A stretch of DNA of 59,086 bases, counting the filler, from Sphacelaria rigidula (Eukaryota), in assembly GCA_964200075.2 (NCBI GenBank). It is 10 parts of 10 records of this genome, joined end to end, with 100 filler letters (N's around TTAATTAATTAA, not from the genome) between each part and the next. Parts side by side here need not be neighbours in the genome. Positions count along the whole stretch, not along the records: positions 23,677 to 29,495 come from CAXNAA020024222.1; positions 29,596 to 35,414 come from CAXNAA020024223.1; positions 35,515 to 41,333 come from CAXNAA020024224.1; 7 more parts are not named here. One strand, given 5' to 3'. The position numbers and the translations under genes are program-made. This document shows positions 25,435 to 37,645 of the stretch, piece by piece (position 1 is the stretch's first letter; each line of letters begins with the position of its first letter). The notes beneath the pieces are model-generated. The model worked only from the letters and a program-made list of their open reading frames with translations, did no database searches and was not told where the DNA came from.

Positions 25435-26008
25435 AGCTTGATCCGGCGAGAACCCGGCGTGCTCCGTCCCGGCTTTCTAGGGGCGGACCCCCGATGGGGT
25501 TGGCGTCGGTTGGCGATGGCGCTATTAAACACGCCACCCACTGCGTAAGCTAGTCAAGCAAGTTACCATTGTTTTTTGCGCGCTTGCGTTTTTGTGTTGC
25601 GGTAAGCATGATGGTGGTCGAGCTAGATCATGTTATGCGGCGTGGGAGAACCTAAACTCCGCACAATGACCATGATCGTACTACGTAGTGTTTATATCGT
25701 GAGACACCCATGAGGCAGTGTACAAGATGTGGCTGTCTCTGGAAGTGGCGATACTAGACAATAAAGCAACTCATCGGAGGCTGTCATCCAAGTGCAAAAT
25801 AATCTGTAGGCTTCGGGCCGAACAATCCTAGCAGAATGTAGCTCACCCTTCATGCGAGTCGCCGAACACACCACGACGCTTCGCGCTTGGTGATTGAGCG
25901 CAAGCCTGGTCCGGCGAACCGGCGTGCTCTGTCCCGGCATTGTAGGGATGCGAAGTCAATGGTCTGATGACTATGGCATTCACGATCATGAGTACCCCCC
26001 CCCCCCCC
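25435..26008 (+). mobile_element. C-tailed element, longest copy (form A, ~570 bp)
   Basis: Ends CATGAGTA plus a C14 run. Flanked by CCCCCCTACTCCACAAAATA (25415-25434) and CCCCCCTACTTCACAAGATA (26003-26022). Confidence 0.85.
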
Positions 26009-26370
26009 TACTTCACAAGATATCGTGTCGCTACCGTTTTTCTCGCTTGTGAACGTAGCGCATCTCGAAGAGCAGCATCATGTTTACGATAAGCGGAGAG
26101 TTCTTCAGCCACATACCCTTCAAGCTGCGATGACCTTTCGAAGGGATACCACCCAGAAGCTACGCCGTTTTCATACCACACTGCCGTCGCATCACGCCCT
26201 TTCCTTCGTGAGGTCATAGCGTTTTCAAGCGTTTTCTCGCGTGGGTCCCTTCCAAGCTATATTGCTTCGAACCAAAACGCTAGGAGAGCGATTTTTCGGT
26301 GTCAACGAAACGGTATACCAACAAAATATGTTCTTCCACTCCTGTCTGTGCCCACCCGGAATCTGCTCAG

Positions 26371-28531
26371 TTGAACGACGTCAAAATCAAGGCCGGTGTG
26401 GAGCAGGGCGAAATAGGGTTCAACCTGTACGCGGCTGATGGCGACAATCGGTGTGGCACGTGGCTGTCGCCACTCTATGACGAGTCCATCCTGGACGAAA
26501 GCGAGTACGCACTATGTACGTACTGTAGTCTCACACATTAATACACAATAAACCTGACGTGTAGATGACGTTGGACAGCATCGATATAAATATCAGTTGC
26601 GCACAAACGACATACCACATGCTGGTATGCTCTAGCACGCGGCGTCTTGTCTACTTCAGGTGTTCGTGTTTAGTTGTAACTATTTTATACAGGTCGAGCG
26701 GTGGTGCCCCTAGAGCTCCCCGTCGTTGTGCCCTCTAGAACTGTCCTGAACGTAGGCCAAATACCATCGTAAGAGTGGTATGAAGGTCTCTGCAAGCAGC
26801 TACAATGGCTGCGGGATTGATGCAACGTACATACCGCTGATGACTTGTCTGGTGTGTTTAGTACTTCCTGCATCATTTATGTAGGGTAAGGCGCAGGCAA
26901 CTCCAAACCTCAGCCGCTTTACCCCTTATTGTTGTAGTCCTCATTAGTTGGGTATATTCCTGAATCGACGTCAACTCGTAGAAATCTCCGGGATATAGTG
27001 GGCATCCTTGCTCACCGTCTCGTATCATAAACACATGCACCATTTTTAGCTTCAGAGGTTTGAGTACGTCTGGCAGATCGACCACGTGGATGTAGGGCTT
27101 CCGGCAAGTCAAGGACTGCGGTGCTATGCACATTTCACCCCTGTTCCACCCCTTGTACTGGTGGGGAAAGTGAAACCAATTAAGTGATACCGTTTTACGC
27201 TCACTAGTGTCTGATTATCGCAGCTTTTTCACATCTCCGTAGGTTGGTGGTTTATTGTGTTCCATCCATGTGGAAGGTAAAATTAATCAAGTGATACCGT
27301 ATTACGTTCACTAGCGTCTGGCCCTTGCAGCCTTGTAACACCTCCCTACCTCGGCGGCTACTGCAATCAGGGCCCAGCCGAGGTTGGGCCGTACGCCGCA
27401 GCTGTTCGATGATCACTGAAATCGTGATGCACGAATCCTAGAAGCGCCAACAGTTCAAGCTTTTTCACTTGCGCTTGATTTGATGGGATCCAGTTCTAAG
27501 CCTCTCCGCAGCATGGTCTTCTCGTGTATATATGCGACGAACTCTGACAGTGGTCGTACAATCCTTGCCAATAATGTTGGTGCGGTGTGAGTGTCATACT
27601 CTTCCAATGATAATATCAAGAAAAATTGTGCCACATCATGATAAAGGGTGCATCGCAGTCGACGTCACCAGCAGCGTGTGTCAGTTTAGCAGCGTTGCGG
27701 AAGCCTTGTGTGTAGGACAACTTGACCATCTCTGTGCTGCCCTGGTCGTGGTTCAAACTCTCGAACGAACACTTCCCGCGGCCTTCATGGTGACGTGTGT
27801 GCACCGAGAAGTGTAGAAAATTCACCCCGCTGCGTCTGTTCCTGAAACAAACTGCCCTAGGGATTTGACGCCGCAAGCCTCCAGCAATCGAGAATATCTG
27901 TAGTGCACCATGTGATGAAGCTCGCCATCCTCAGTTCCCTGAACCCCACCCCAAGCCTATTGATTTGATTGATTGATCATCTCACATTAGCTGATCGCCA
28001 CAACGCGAGCCTATATCTACCCATTGACGCCAACCATGACCTTAACCTGCCTTACTCGTGTCTGGCATGAATGTCACAGACGGAGCATTCAAACTCTTAC
28101 TTCCGAGCGCCACGTCCGTCGGCCGTTACTCTGTGGGGGTGGCACCGTATGAGTTCGAAGACACCCCCATGAGCTGTTCGAGGGTGTTTCAAGTCATAAA
28201 AAATAATGGTCGGGTGCTCGAGGAGTTGGAAATATCGACGTGGGGCGAAGGGGACCCCGCCGGTGCCTCTCTTGTAGATGATGACGTTAGCAGTGTGCAG
28301 TTCGGCGTTGATCTCGATAAGCATGAACCTGTGACGAATGGTGTTGAAGTGAGCGATAAAGATAGTTTAGAGGTAGATGGTTTCGAGATGCAGCCGCCTG
28401 CCCCTCCGCAGGGGAGGTATCACGGGGACCAGGTTAAGGGTATGTCTTCTGATCCCACCATCTCCATGTTTGTGTTCTGGCCATCGGAAACAGTAGGCAG
28501 TTATGCGGGTGTTGACGTAGAGAGTGCTTGA
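26371..28531 (+). CDS. 3' exons of a brown-algal EsV-1-163-like (Ig-fold) protein, partial
   Basis: Exon 26371-26515 (cag|LNDVKIKAG...IGFNLYAADGDNRCGTWLSPL...|gtacgt, phase 1) is phase-compatible with exon 28080-28531 (GAFKLLLPSATSVGRYSVGVAPYEFEDTPMSCSRVFQV...stop). The F-x-LY...CGTW...G-x-Y-S-V-x-V...CS-x-x-F pattern recalls EsV-1-163-like proteins (from memory, unverified). Possible upstream exons at ~24932-25094 and ~26059-26207. Confidence 0.5.
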
Positions 28532-28962
28532 TCAGATTTGTCAAGATATCAGGCGTCAGAGAACTGGCGGCCGGATATATCTTTGGGGGCCGCGGTTGTT
28601 AAAAAATGCGTGTTCTTTTACGTGCATCACATGCGAAGTAGTAGGTGTAGTTATAATGAAAGGCTGGGCTATCCACTGCGGATGACGAACCAATGCGACG
28701 GTCGTGCACAGAACAGTATGGAATACTGAGCCCGCCGCAGGGAGTGGGATAACAGGTCGTGGGTCCTACAGAGATAGGTCTCGACTGGCAATGCGGCGTG
28801 TAGTGGCTATGGCGAACCCAGGCATAATCCTTTACAGCGAAGAACAACGCGCGTTCTTCGATACGAAGTATTGACTATGTACAGCTTTCTTGGGTGCTCT
28901 TACGTCCCAGTCGGGTGTGCGCTACCACATGCAATATAGCTGTCGTTTCGTGAAGTTTGTGT

Positions 28963-29261
28963 CCCTAAAGAGTTTGTTCTATTCGTAAGAATGTATTAAT
29001 TGTAATTTCCCCTGTATCAGATTTTGTAGACCAGTGGTGTAGTGACCTTGTCCTTCGAATGTATTCCCTGTGAGAAATGGAGTCGTCGTGTGCGCCTACA
29101 CGTGCGTTTGTTCTCCTAAAGAGTTTGTTCTATTTGTAACACCCTATGTGTTGATTGTACTTTCCCCTGTATCAGATTTTGTAGACCGGTGGTGCAATGG
29201 CCTTGTCCTTCGAATGTATTCCCTGTGAGAAATGGAGTCGTCGTGTGCGCCGAGACGTGCG
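28963..29261. repeat. Tandem duplication of a ~150-bp unit
   Basis: cctaaagagtttgttctatt...cccctgtatcagattttgtagacc...gtcgtcgtgtgcgcc..acgtgcg occurs twice. Confidence 0.9.
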
Positions 29262-29399
29262 GGTGGTCGGTTGTAACCGCTCTGCTAAATGAAGGATATC
29301 TGACATTTTTGTACATTGTCGTGTTTGCAAAAAAAGGTAGCATTCACTTGATCGTGTGATATCAGTACTTGACAGTTGCCAGATACCCCTGGCACTATT

Positions 29400-29495
29400 G
29401 CCGCGCCCCGGTGGTGTAATGGTCCGACTGTCGCCATTAGGGTGGAGAGAACTAGGGTTCGATTCCCGATGCGTGGGGGTGTTCTGCGTAATGTA
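29400..29495 (+). mobile_element. tRNA-derived SINE family 1, 5' head (cut by contig end)
   Basis: A box TGGTGTAATGG and B box GGTTCGATTCC; same head as the copies at 43810 and 49257. Confidence 0.85.
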
Positions 29496-30020
29496 NNNNN
29501 NNNNNNNNNNNNNNNNNNNNNNNNNNNNNNNNNNNNNNNTTAATTAATTAANNNNNNNNNNNNNNNNNNNNNNNNNNNNNNNNNNNNNNNNNNNNTCGGC
29601 CAACGAGCAGCCCAACGAGCACGAGTGCCACGAGTGCCACTCGTGCTCGTCCGACGTATGAACAATTCACACAGACGCGATACAAAATAACTAAAAAACG
29701 AATATGAAATACTAGAAAAAAATATAAAAGAAAAAAGGAATACTGCTACAATAATAGTAGTCTAATAGTAGCACTCCAAGTTCCCATGCCGAATGTATGC
29801 GATCATTCGGGCTACTGGAGGCGGGGCCCGTTGATCCACTCAACACGCAAGGCCAAACAGGAAGGGAGCCAACTCAGGGTAAACTTTGGAATCTTCATGT
29901 ACAAGTAAGGGCAGCCACAAACATGATAACCGCACGAAGCGGTACATTGACCTACATGCACTCAACTGGACTGCTTCGCGGTGAAATGGGTCAAAGGCTG
30001 TCTGTCTGGCGAGGCTCCGA

Positions 30021-30437
30021 AGGGCTGGTCGAGTAGAGTATACCCAATACTCAGCATTTTCGAAGAGTAATACTTTTAGTACTCAATTTTTGAGTAGAGT
30101 ATTTGAGGCCGTACTCAATCTACGCATACTTTGAGTAGAGTATTTGAGGTCATACTAAATCTACCAAAAAAATGAGTAGAGTACTGAGATCATATCCCAA
30201 GTGATGACTCTATACCAAGTATTACTGAGAGTGCCTACTCAATATTTGAGTAGAGTGTTTGAGGCCGTACTCGATCTACTCAAAATTTGGGCAGAGAATA
30301 TGAGGCCGTACTCAATCTACCCAAAAATTGAGTAGAGTATTTGAGGCCGTACTCGACGTACTCGAAATTTGAGTAGAGTAAATACTCAGGTATTTTACTC
30401 GAGTACTCAAAAGTACATGTTCTACTCGACCTGCCCT
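30021..30437. mobile_element. Non-autonomous TIR element filled with ~40-bp tandem subterminal repeats
   Basis: TIR AGGGCTGGTCGAGTAGA / TCTACTCGACCTGCCCT. The interior carries repeated ttgagtagagtatttgaggccgtactcaatctac units. Confidence 0.75.
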
Positions 30438-32036
30438 TGGAGTCCTCATGTGATATCTAAATAGGATAGAGTCAAGTTACTTCTCGTACACTCCTCATGT
30501 CCACAGAAGGGTGTGGAAATGACGAGCTAAAGGTGCAAAAAGTGTGCATAATCAATCAGTGAATACTGGCCAACCAGAGGTGAAGTACAAGGAGCGGGAG
30601 ACGAACAAGTTATCATTTCTGTGTTGCGCAGATTAGAGTGGGTAAACGACAGCTCCGGGCGAATATCCGTAGCTTTTCAGTTGTCGTAGACAGAATTTAG
30701 TTCGTTTTCCCTGCCGTTCTTCTGGCAGTATACACGTAAAATATATTGTGCGTGTACAATATATCTCACGTGGAAGGGAAGCAACATTGTGTGTTCTTGG
30801 CCAGCAAAACGACTGGAAACAGGTCAAGCCCATGTCTTGACGTTTTTCGAGATAAAAGAGGATACTCGTTTTTCGACATAAGTAGACCTACGTGCAGGTT
30901 ACGTGGCGATGCTGTGCCTCCTACAGGCGCAGACGGTAGATGAACGGTATTATTTTGATACGTATATATGGCGAGTTGATGCTGCTTCAGCGAAGATCCC
31001 CCAAAACCGCGCAATCCAAAGATTAATCCGCGCGCTCTCCTGCACACCCCACATTACAACCAACTCCGAAAATGGGAAAACCGTTCGACGGATGTTCCGG
31101 TCTTGCTTCAACAATCAATCGCCATTTTTCGCAATGCTTTGCAGGACTTTCGTGACGTCTGCGCTTCAACATGATAAAATATCCTGAAGCAATCTCAGTT
31201 GCCAAGGCTTCGATGATCCGTGCCTTTTCACACTCAGTGACAAGAAAAACGGTCGAAGCCTAGCATCTATGCCGCCTGGGTCGATTTAAGTTTACTATTC
31301 ATACAGCAGCTGATTCTAGTGACCACATACGGAAACCACGCACACTGTTCACCTCATGTAGCAACAACTACGATCGAAACAAACTTCTGCCATGAGCTGG
31401 ACCCCAGTGAGTTCGTAGATCAGGCGACTACAAAATCGACAAGTATGATACGTACAGCATATATCTAGCATTATCCGGCAACGACACTGAGAAGCAGACT
31501 AAATTTGAGTGTATGATACCTTGCTCTCCTCCGTTAAAGAGTAAACTGGAGAACGATTCCAAGTAGAGAAAAACTTCACCGCTTTCATCACGTCGAGATG
31601 TACCCCTATCTGTCCACCCGTGACATCATCCACAAGAATATACTTCTCGATTCTCTGTTGGAACAGAGATTCATCTGGGTGCGGGATGGCGCGGAGAGGG
31701 GCGAAAGCGTAGACCCCGATAATCACGGCCGGGTGACTTCGAGTCCCCGCTACTCACCAACCAATGGACATTGTTGGAAAAAACATGCTTCCGACAGGAG
31801 CTGCACACGAATCCGTCCATCGCCAGTGCGGCCAAAATTTGGCGTGTAATGTCAAACAATATCTGCCCCATAACAAGACCTATTACGTAGTCCGACAAGT
31901 ATTTACGATACAGCAGCTTGAACAGGACGATATTTGGTCTACGGCGATCTCGTTCAAATTGGAATCTTTCACCTGCGACCATCGCATTCACGAATAACGG
32001 AGACAACTGACACACAAGAGGACGAGTCACATCTCA

Positions 32037-35000
32037 TTATGGCGTCACTACAAGTCCAGATGAACCCAGCGCGACGGTGAGCAACGCCGTCCGAACAGCT
32101 GGGATGCTGACCAACACGGTGCTCGCTGTAGCTGTGAGAGCCATCGCCACTGCGGAGAAAGCGAAGGAGGTGGTTTCGTCCACTATGGCAGCGGTGCCCA
32201 GTCCGTGTGCGCTGCCACCCTGAGCCAGCCCCCTCGCTGCCGGGTTGGTAACGCTGAAAGCAACGAAGCGGATACCGTGGCGAGATATGTGTACTGCATC
32301 ACATCATCATATTTACTCCTCGTGTACAGTGCAGGATGGATAGACGTCATTACAGCCTCAGTACGCGCGAAACGAGCAGTGCATGCCTCGAGGAGAAAGA
32401 TCAGATGAGTCAGTCTGCTGCGATCGCATGCTGTGCAAGGGGAGCAGTGGTTGAACCCTTCGGGGACTGTAGCTCAGCAAGATCGCACGAATCGAGTATT
32501 TGGGAGCTATGGATATTGATACATACTGCTTACACTTGCCGATTGTGTGGGAAGCGAGCCGCCCAATCTCCTGGGGGAAGTGAGTCAACGCAAGAGCTCA
32601 ACACAAAAGATCAACGAACATTCAACAGCTGTTGATTCCATGAGGGTAAGTACCCACCAGACATGTGCCAACACACAAAGATTGTGCGGACGTCGAAGGG
32701 CACGACATGCACACGAATACACAGCTAGCGCTCTGTGACTCGGTTCATGTTCCTTCAAGCTGACTATTTCAAGCTACAGGTGTCTAAAAACAACCAACGG
32801 CACGAAAAAACGTCAGGGTCTTACCCCATGGCATCCAGGGCAGTAGCTCCAAAATTTGCTCCGATAACGCCCGTGCACACAACGATCGCAATCGCAAGCG
32901 ATGCGTCCGCACCGAGTATGGAGCATATGGCCAAGGCCAGGGGCGAAGTGATGTTACGAGGAATCGCCGCGAGCCGAAGAGCGTTGGGAAGGCCAATTAG
33001 CCTGAGCGCGCGTCGTTCGGGTCAACAATTTCACGCGGATAGAAACGTTTCGTGATACATTGAAGCCATTGAATGGTACCCAATGATAGATCCGACAGCA
33101 TTCTCGCGCTTCGGAAGCATTTGCGGGAGTACCCCGTTTTCGCCGCTACTTTCGTGGGCTCTCGCCAAGCGAGTGCCTGAACAAATTCATCTCCATATAA
33201 GATCTTCGTCTCAGACCTTGACTCTACACCTTGTTAGCCGTACTCAGGTGACACTATTCCTCATCACCTCGACGCTGCGGCTGTCCCAAACAAGCCCGAT
33301 GCGGCACAGAAGATCGTCCCACCTGCCACTGGCTTTGCGTTCTTAAATATCAGCACACGCCGCCTGTGCGAACGCCGAAAATAGGAACCGCCATCCGTGC
33401 CATTCAGAAGACTCGCCGAGAGCGAATGGAGAATGAGTTGGAAGTAATGGTTGCTTGACGAAATTGAGTGATCCTCACTTACTCTAAACTTCTACACCTT
33501 CAGCTGTAACTTGGTTGACGATGTCCTTTGGTCCCGAGCGGCCGCCACAGTTACGATGGAGCTTTCAGTACAGCTGAGCAGACACTAGCATGACTGCTCG
33601 GGCGTCGTTTGATATGCGCCATTAAATACTGACCTGTACATCTGTACTGCAAATGAGAGCACTGATGGAGCAAGGAGGCCCAGCAGTAGATCGCCCGCGC
33701 CAAGGTGGACGGGACACCTGTCAACCATGACGTTGTTCCATGCAGCAAACGTGCCGTGTGGGACAGGAGCGTGGTCGCATAAGCCGCGAGTCTGGTGCTC
33801 TTTTATGATCAACCCAGCCTGAATGACAGGAAGCGGGTACAAAACACTGTAGACCGTCGTTTATCCACCACATCAGCGCAAGATCAAGTTGTAGAGCGAA
33901 ATAGCCATGACACTGAAATGAGGCCGCTACGACGCGTTCATTTTCTACAGTGATCCGCAGTGCAAGTGTAGATCAATTCTCGGCGCGTTACTCTAATTAT
34001 GATCCGGTAAGGATATAGGTACTATCGTGCACACGACGGCTCCAGGAAACTGCAGCTGATATGCTACCGATAGTGGCAACAGTTGGGAAGTCCGGTGAAA
34101 GAGTCGACTATCGGTCAAGAGACGGTTCAGGGCAAGCAACCAGCTCTCAGGGAAGGGCCACCTCACCTTCAAGAATCGCGCCATACAAATATTCACAACG
34201 AAACCTAGAAAGCACCGACAGGCGTTGTGAACGAACCTCCACACTCACAGTAGCAAAAGGCATGTACCCAACCCGCTCAACAGGAACAGGGCACCCCGTC
34301 CATCACACCTGAAGCCCTTGATTTTCACCTGGACTTGGTGACGTAAGACCTGAGCATATCAGCGAAGCTCACCGCACACCCACGTCCAATAAGCGCTGCC
34401 GTGGTTATCGCAACAGTCGTGCACGTCACCACCGGGTGCACCGCCTTCCTCAAACTTTTCGGCATCCGAGTGCCCGCCGAAAACCCGAATAGAGTGGCAA
34501 ACAGCAGCGATATCTGCCTAGTCGGTAACGCTAATTTACCAAGACTGAAACCTAACACCGTTCGCATGGAGCCAAACGTGAGAATGCTCGTCACTCCAGC
34601 TAAAGCTGCACCGATCCCCAACGTCTGGATTTTCCGCTTCTTGAACACAGCGGGTGCTTTCGAGGGCGTGCCGGGGGCGGGGCTATCTACCGCAGGCGTG
34701 CCGGGAGAGAGGGCAGTCACGACGGCAGCGGTGGTTGCCAGACTCAAGAACCAACCGCCAAAGACGATGGCGAGAAGACGCAGAGCATTTTGCGCGGATG
34801 GGGCTGGCGAGAGCGGCAAGATTACCAGCGTGGGCACGAAGAACACAGCAAGCCACCTGTGTTGGGGTTGGAACGTAAAGCGACGGCAACAGCTCATTAC
34901 TTCGTGAGGGTGAAACATGTTTACCTGGCGCTGTCTTGTCCAAGCACTATACTGCCGTGACAATCTGACGCGCGTCCCGATAGAGGTACCAGGGTCGCTG

Positions 35001-35186
35001 GCTCGAACTACACAAGAACTAACCATGCTGCAGAGCATCAGACAGCCAAGACAATGATGAACGATTTGCAGTCTACTTCTGTTGGAGAGTCTCTGGCACA
35101 CCTTGATAGCAGAGCCGAACCGGGTTCCATGACACCGACCACTTTCTCAGCTGCCTCGGGCGCGAACTTTTCTAGGGTCACAAGAC
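32037..35186 (-). CDS. PLGG1: LrgB-family plastid glycolate/glycerate transporter (PLGG1-like), 5'-partial, six exons
   Basis: GT-AG exons with matching phases: 35102-35186, 34329-34856, 33634-33717, 33268-33363, 32825-33001 and 32037-32253. Motifs RWLAVFFVPTLVILPL, GAGDLLLGLL, IPRNITSPLALAI, VVCTGVIGANF and ARGLAQGGSAHGLGTAA match LrgB/PLGG1. Stop TAA at 32037-32039. Confidence 0.92.
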
Positions 35187-35323
35187 CTGACGAGCAAACC
35201 AGCGACAAACGGTCAAAAGGGGTTGCAACGACTACCGCAAAATCAGATTCAGGGTCCACGCCACGACGGCCAAAAACCTCCAGGTCCTGATTTCTGCGCG
35301 TGATGTGAATTGTACAGGGGGGG

Positions 35324-35391
35324 GCGTACTCATTTGTTGCTTGCCTTAGTCATTTGACCATTGACCACGCATCCCTTTCGAGACGGAGCAT
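35324..35391 (-). mobile_element. C-tailed mini element (form B)
   Basis: Perfect 15-bp TSD ATTGTACAGGGGGGG at 35309-35323 and 35394-35408. Confidence 0.85.
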
Positions 35392-37575
35392 GGATTGTAC
35401 AGGGGGGGCATGATNNNNNNNNNNNNNNNNNNNNNNNNNNNNNNNNNNNNNNNNNNNNTTAATTAATTAANNNNNNNNNNNNNNNNNNNNNNNNNNNNNN
35501 NNNNNNNNNNNNNNGTCGTGTCACCCCTGGCCTAGCATGTCCTTCGAGAGTGAAGCCAGTATCACCTCGTGATCAGACCACGACAATCGTCATCGACATA
35601 CGTGCTCACTTCATTCGTTCGGTGCAACTAACCACACCCGCTGACCTGCTGCAGAGATTTGGGGGGGAAGACGGCTTCGCTCTGTGTATCTGTGTAGCGT
35701 CATCCCCGCAGAACAGATATGCCCCTTGAATATCATTTTGAGATCAACCCCAAAAGTTCGAATCCTCTTGGAAGGTAGGCAGCGACTGGGGGGGATCAGG
35801 TCGGAGGAAATGGTAAATCGAGACCGGGAACAATTGAGGTAAACAAACAACAGTATAAAGCAGCCGGCACGAGGGAGGGTACCGTTTCTCACGATTCCTA
35901 GTCCCAAAATGGTTTGTGTTCACATGAACAAAGTCCGTTCTCATCTTCCAGGGTTTCCTGTTTACAGTACAACAGTATAGTACGGTACAATAAAATGCAG
36001 TGCGGCCGCCAGGATACTGTCCTGTATTCCGACTTAGAACAATTCCACGCAGTGCATCATTAATACATCAGGTACCAAAATGCAGAGTGGAAATAGTCGA
36101 GTCGGTACTGTACGCCCCCAACAAACTTTCACCGTGCTGCGTCCGCATCTGGGCGATGTCAATCTTCATTCTTCGTTGCAGGGAGGGGGTGGTACGCTCT
36201 CTCTCTGGCTGCACAGAACGCATTTTCTGTACACACCTCAAGTATCATCTACCTTCTCCCTGATATTTTCGATCCGTGTTTCATGCCGCGGCACCGTATA
36301 CACGGAATAAGGAAGAGGATTCCGATATCACCCCGAAGCGATAGCTCATCCCATTGTGGTCGAATTACTGGGTCGATATTTACGGGCACATGACGCACAA
36401 TTTTGATATTACAGCATAATGACGAACCTTTGTCAGATCCTTCCCGTGCACAACGAACGTGGTCGGGATCGCTTCCAAATCATGGCGAGAGCCTCCATAT
36501 ATGATGTGAAAGGCAGGTCCCCAACCGAGGAGGTCGGTTCACTTGAGTGGCCCTTCAAAAATCAACCAAACGCGGTCTTGATTCAGTCGCGCGCGCCCTT
36601 GTTTTCAAAGATAGCACGCTCGACTCAACGCTCATCAATGTGGGACGAAGATATAACGTTTATGCAGTAGCATACCCTCGTCAACCCAAAACCGATCAAT
36701 TTTTCGGATGTCTGGTTTGGCGAGTACTGTAGCATATCCACAAGTTGCAACGGGAGTTGAACCCCGAACTCTGATGAGAAGGCTTCATTAACTTTTACTC
36801 TACGGTGCCAGCTGCCCAACAGAAAAACAGTAGCCGGTTGGATTTGCATTCGCCCATCTCAATCCAAACGCTCCGTGCATGATCATTTTCCAAGAAAATG
36901 TCATTCGCTTCACTCATGCCAGCTACCATACCAACTTCAACCTGTATCTCTGACGTTAGGGCTATTCATCCAGGAGCAGCCTCTCTTGTACGTCACCCAA
37001 CATACATCGCAACGATCGAATCGGCAACCTGCACATACCGGAGATACGCATTCACGTTCGCTCCGATATCATCTTCTCTAACCCGCCGTTCATACCTAAT
37101 TGTATACTTTATTGGATCATGACGAAGAAGTACATAATTCAGCTGCAGGCGATCATATCATCACACATAAGCATCGAAATATTTTCGAAGAAAATGAAAA
37201 CGTACTCTCCGGCCGCCGTGTGTCGCCTCACTCATCCTCGAGGAAACAATACATCACCCCGTGTGCACAGTGTATTGCATTGCGCATCCTCGCACAGTCC
37301 AAGACTGTACTCCTCTCAACGTCAATCATCTTCCGTTTCCGATGTATGACCATGTCTGACGGATTACGTACTTTAACTATGAGCCCCCCCCCCCCATTTT
37401 AGCTCATCAGGAACAAATGGCGTGTTCCATGAAACTTCCATCTGTGGACCACCCCTCGCTCCTTGATATTTAGATATTCGACAGTGATATTCCACGTGTC
37501 CCGAAACAGTCCTACAGGTACGGTATGAACTGCAAGTAGCCCGGAACTCATCATCCAGAGGTGTTATTCAAAGAG

Positions 37576-37645
37576 GGGGCGTACTAATTTGTTGCTTGCC
37601 GTAGTTGTTTGACCATTGACCCGGCATCCCTTCCGAGACGGAACA
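37576..37645 (-). mobile_element. C-tailed mini element (form B), diverged
   Basis: GGGGGCGTACTAATTTGTTGCTTGCC...CGAGACGGAACA; degenerate flanks tattcaaagagg / tactcagacagg. Confidence 0.75.

Noticed and set aside
29400..29475. tRNA gene
   Set aside because: A/B boxes are present but there is no convincing cloverleaf, and the same head is fused to a shared ~250-bp body elsewhere, so it is a SINE.
30060..30420. CRISPR-like repeat array
   Set aside because: Units are adjacent degenerate tandem repeats without unique spacers, lie within TIRs, and have no cas genes; the context is eukaryotic.
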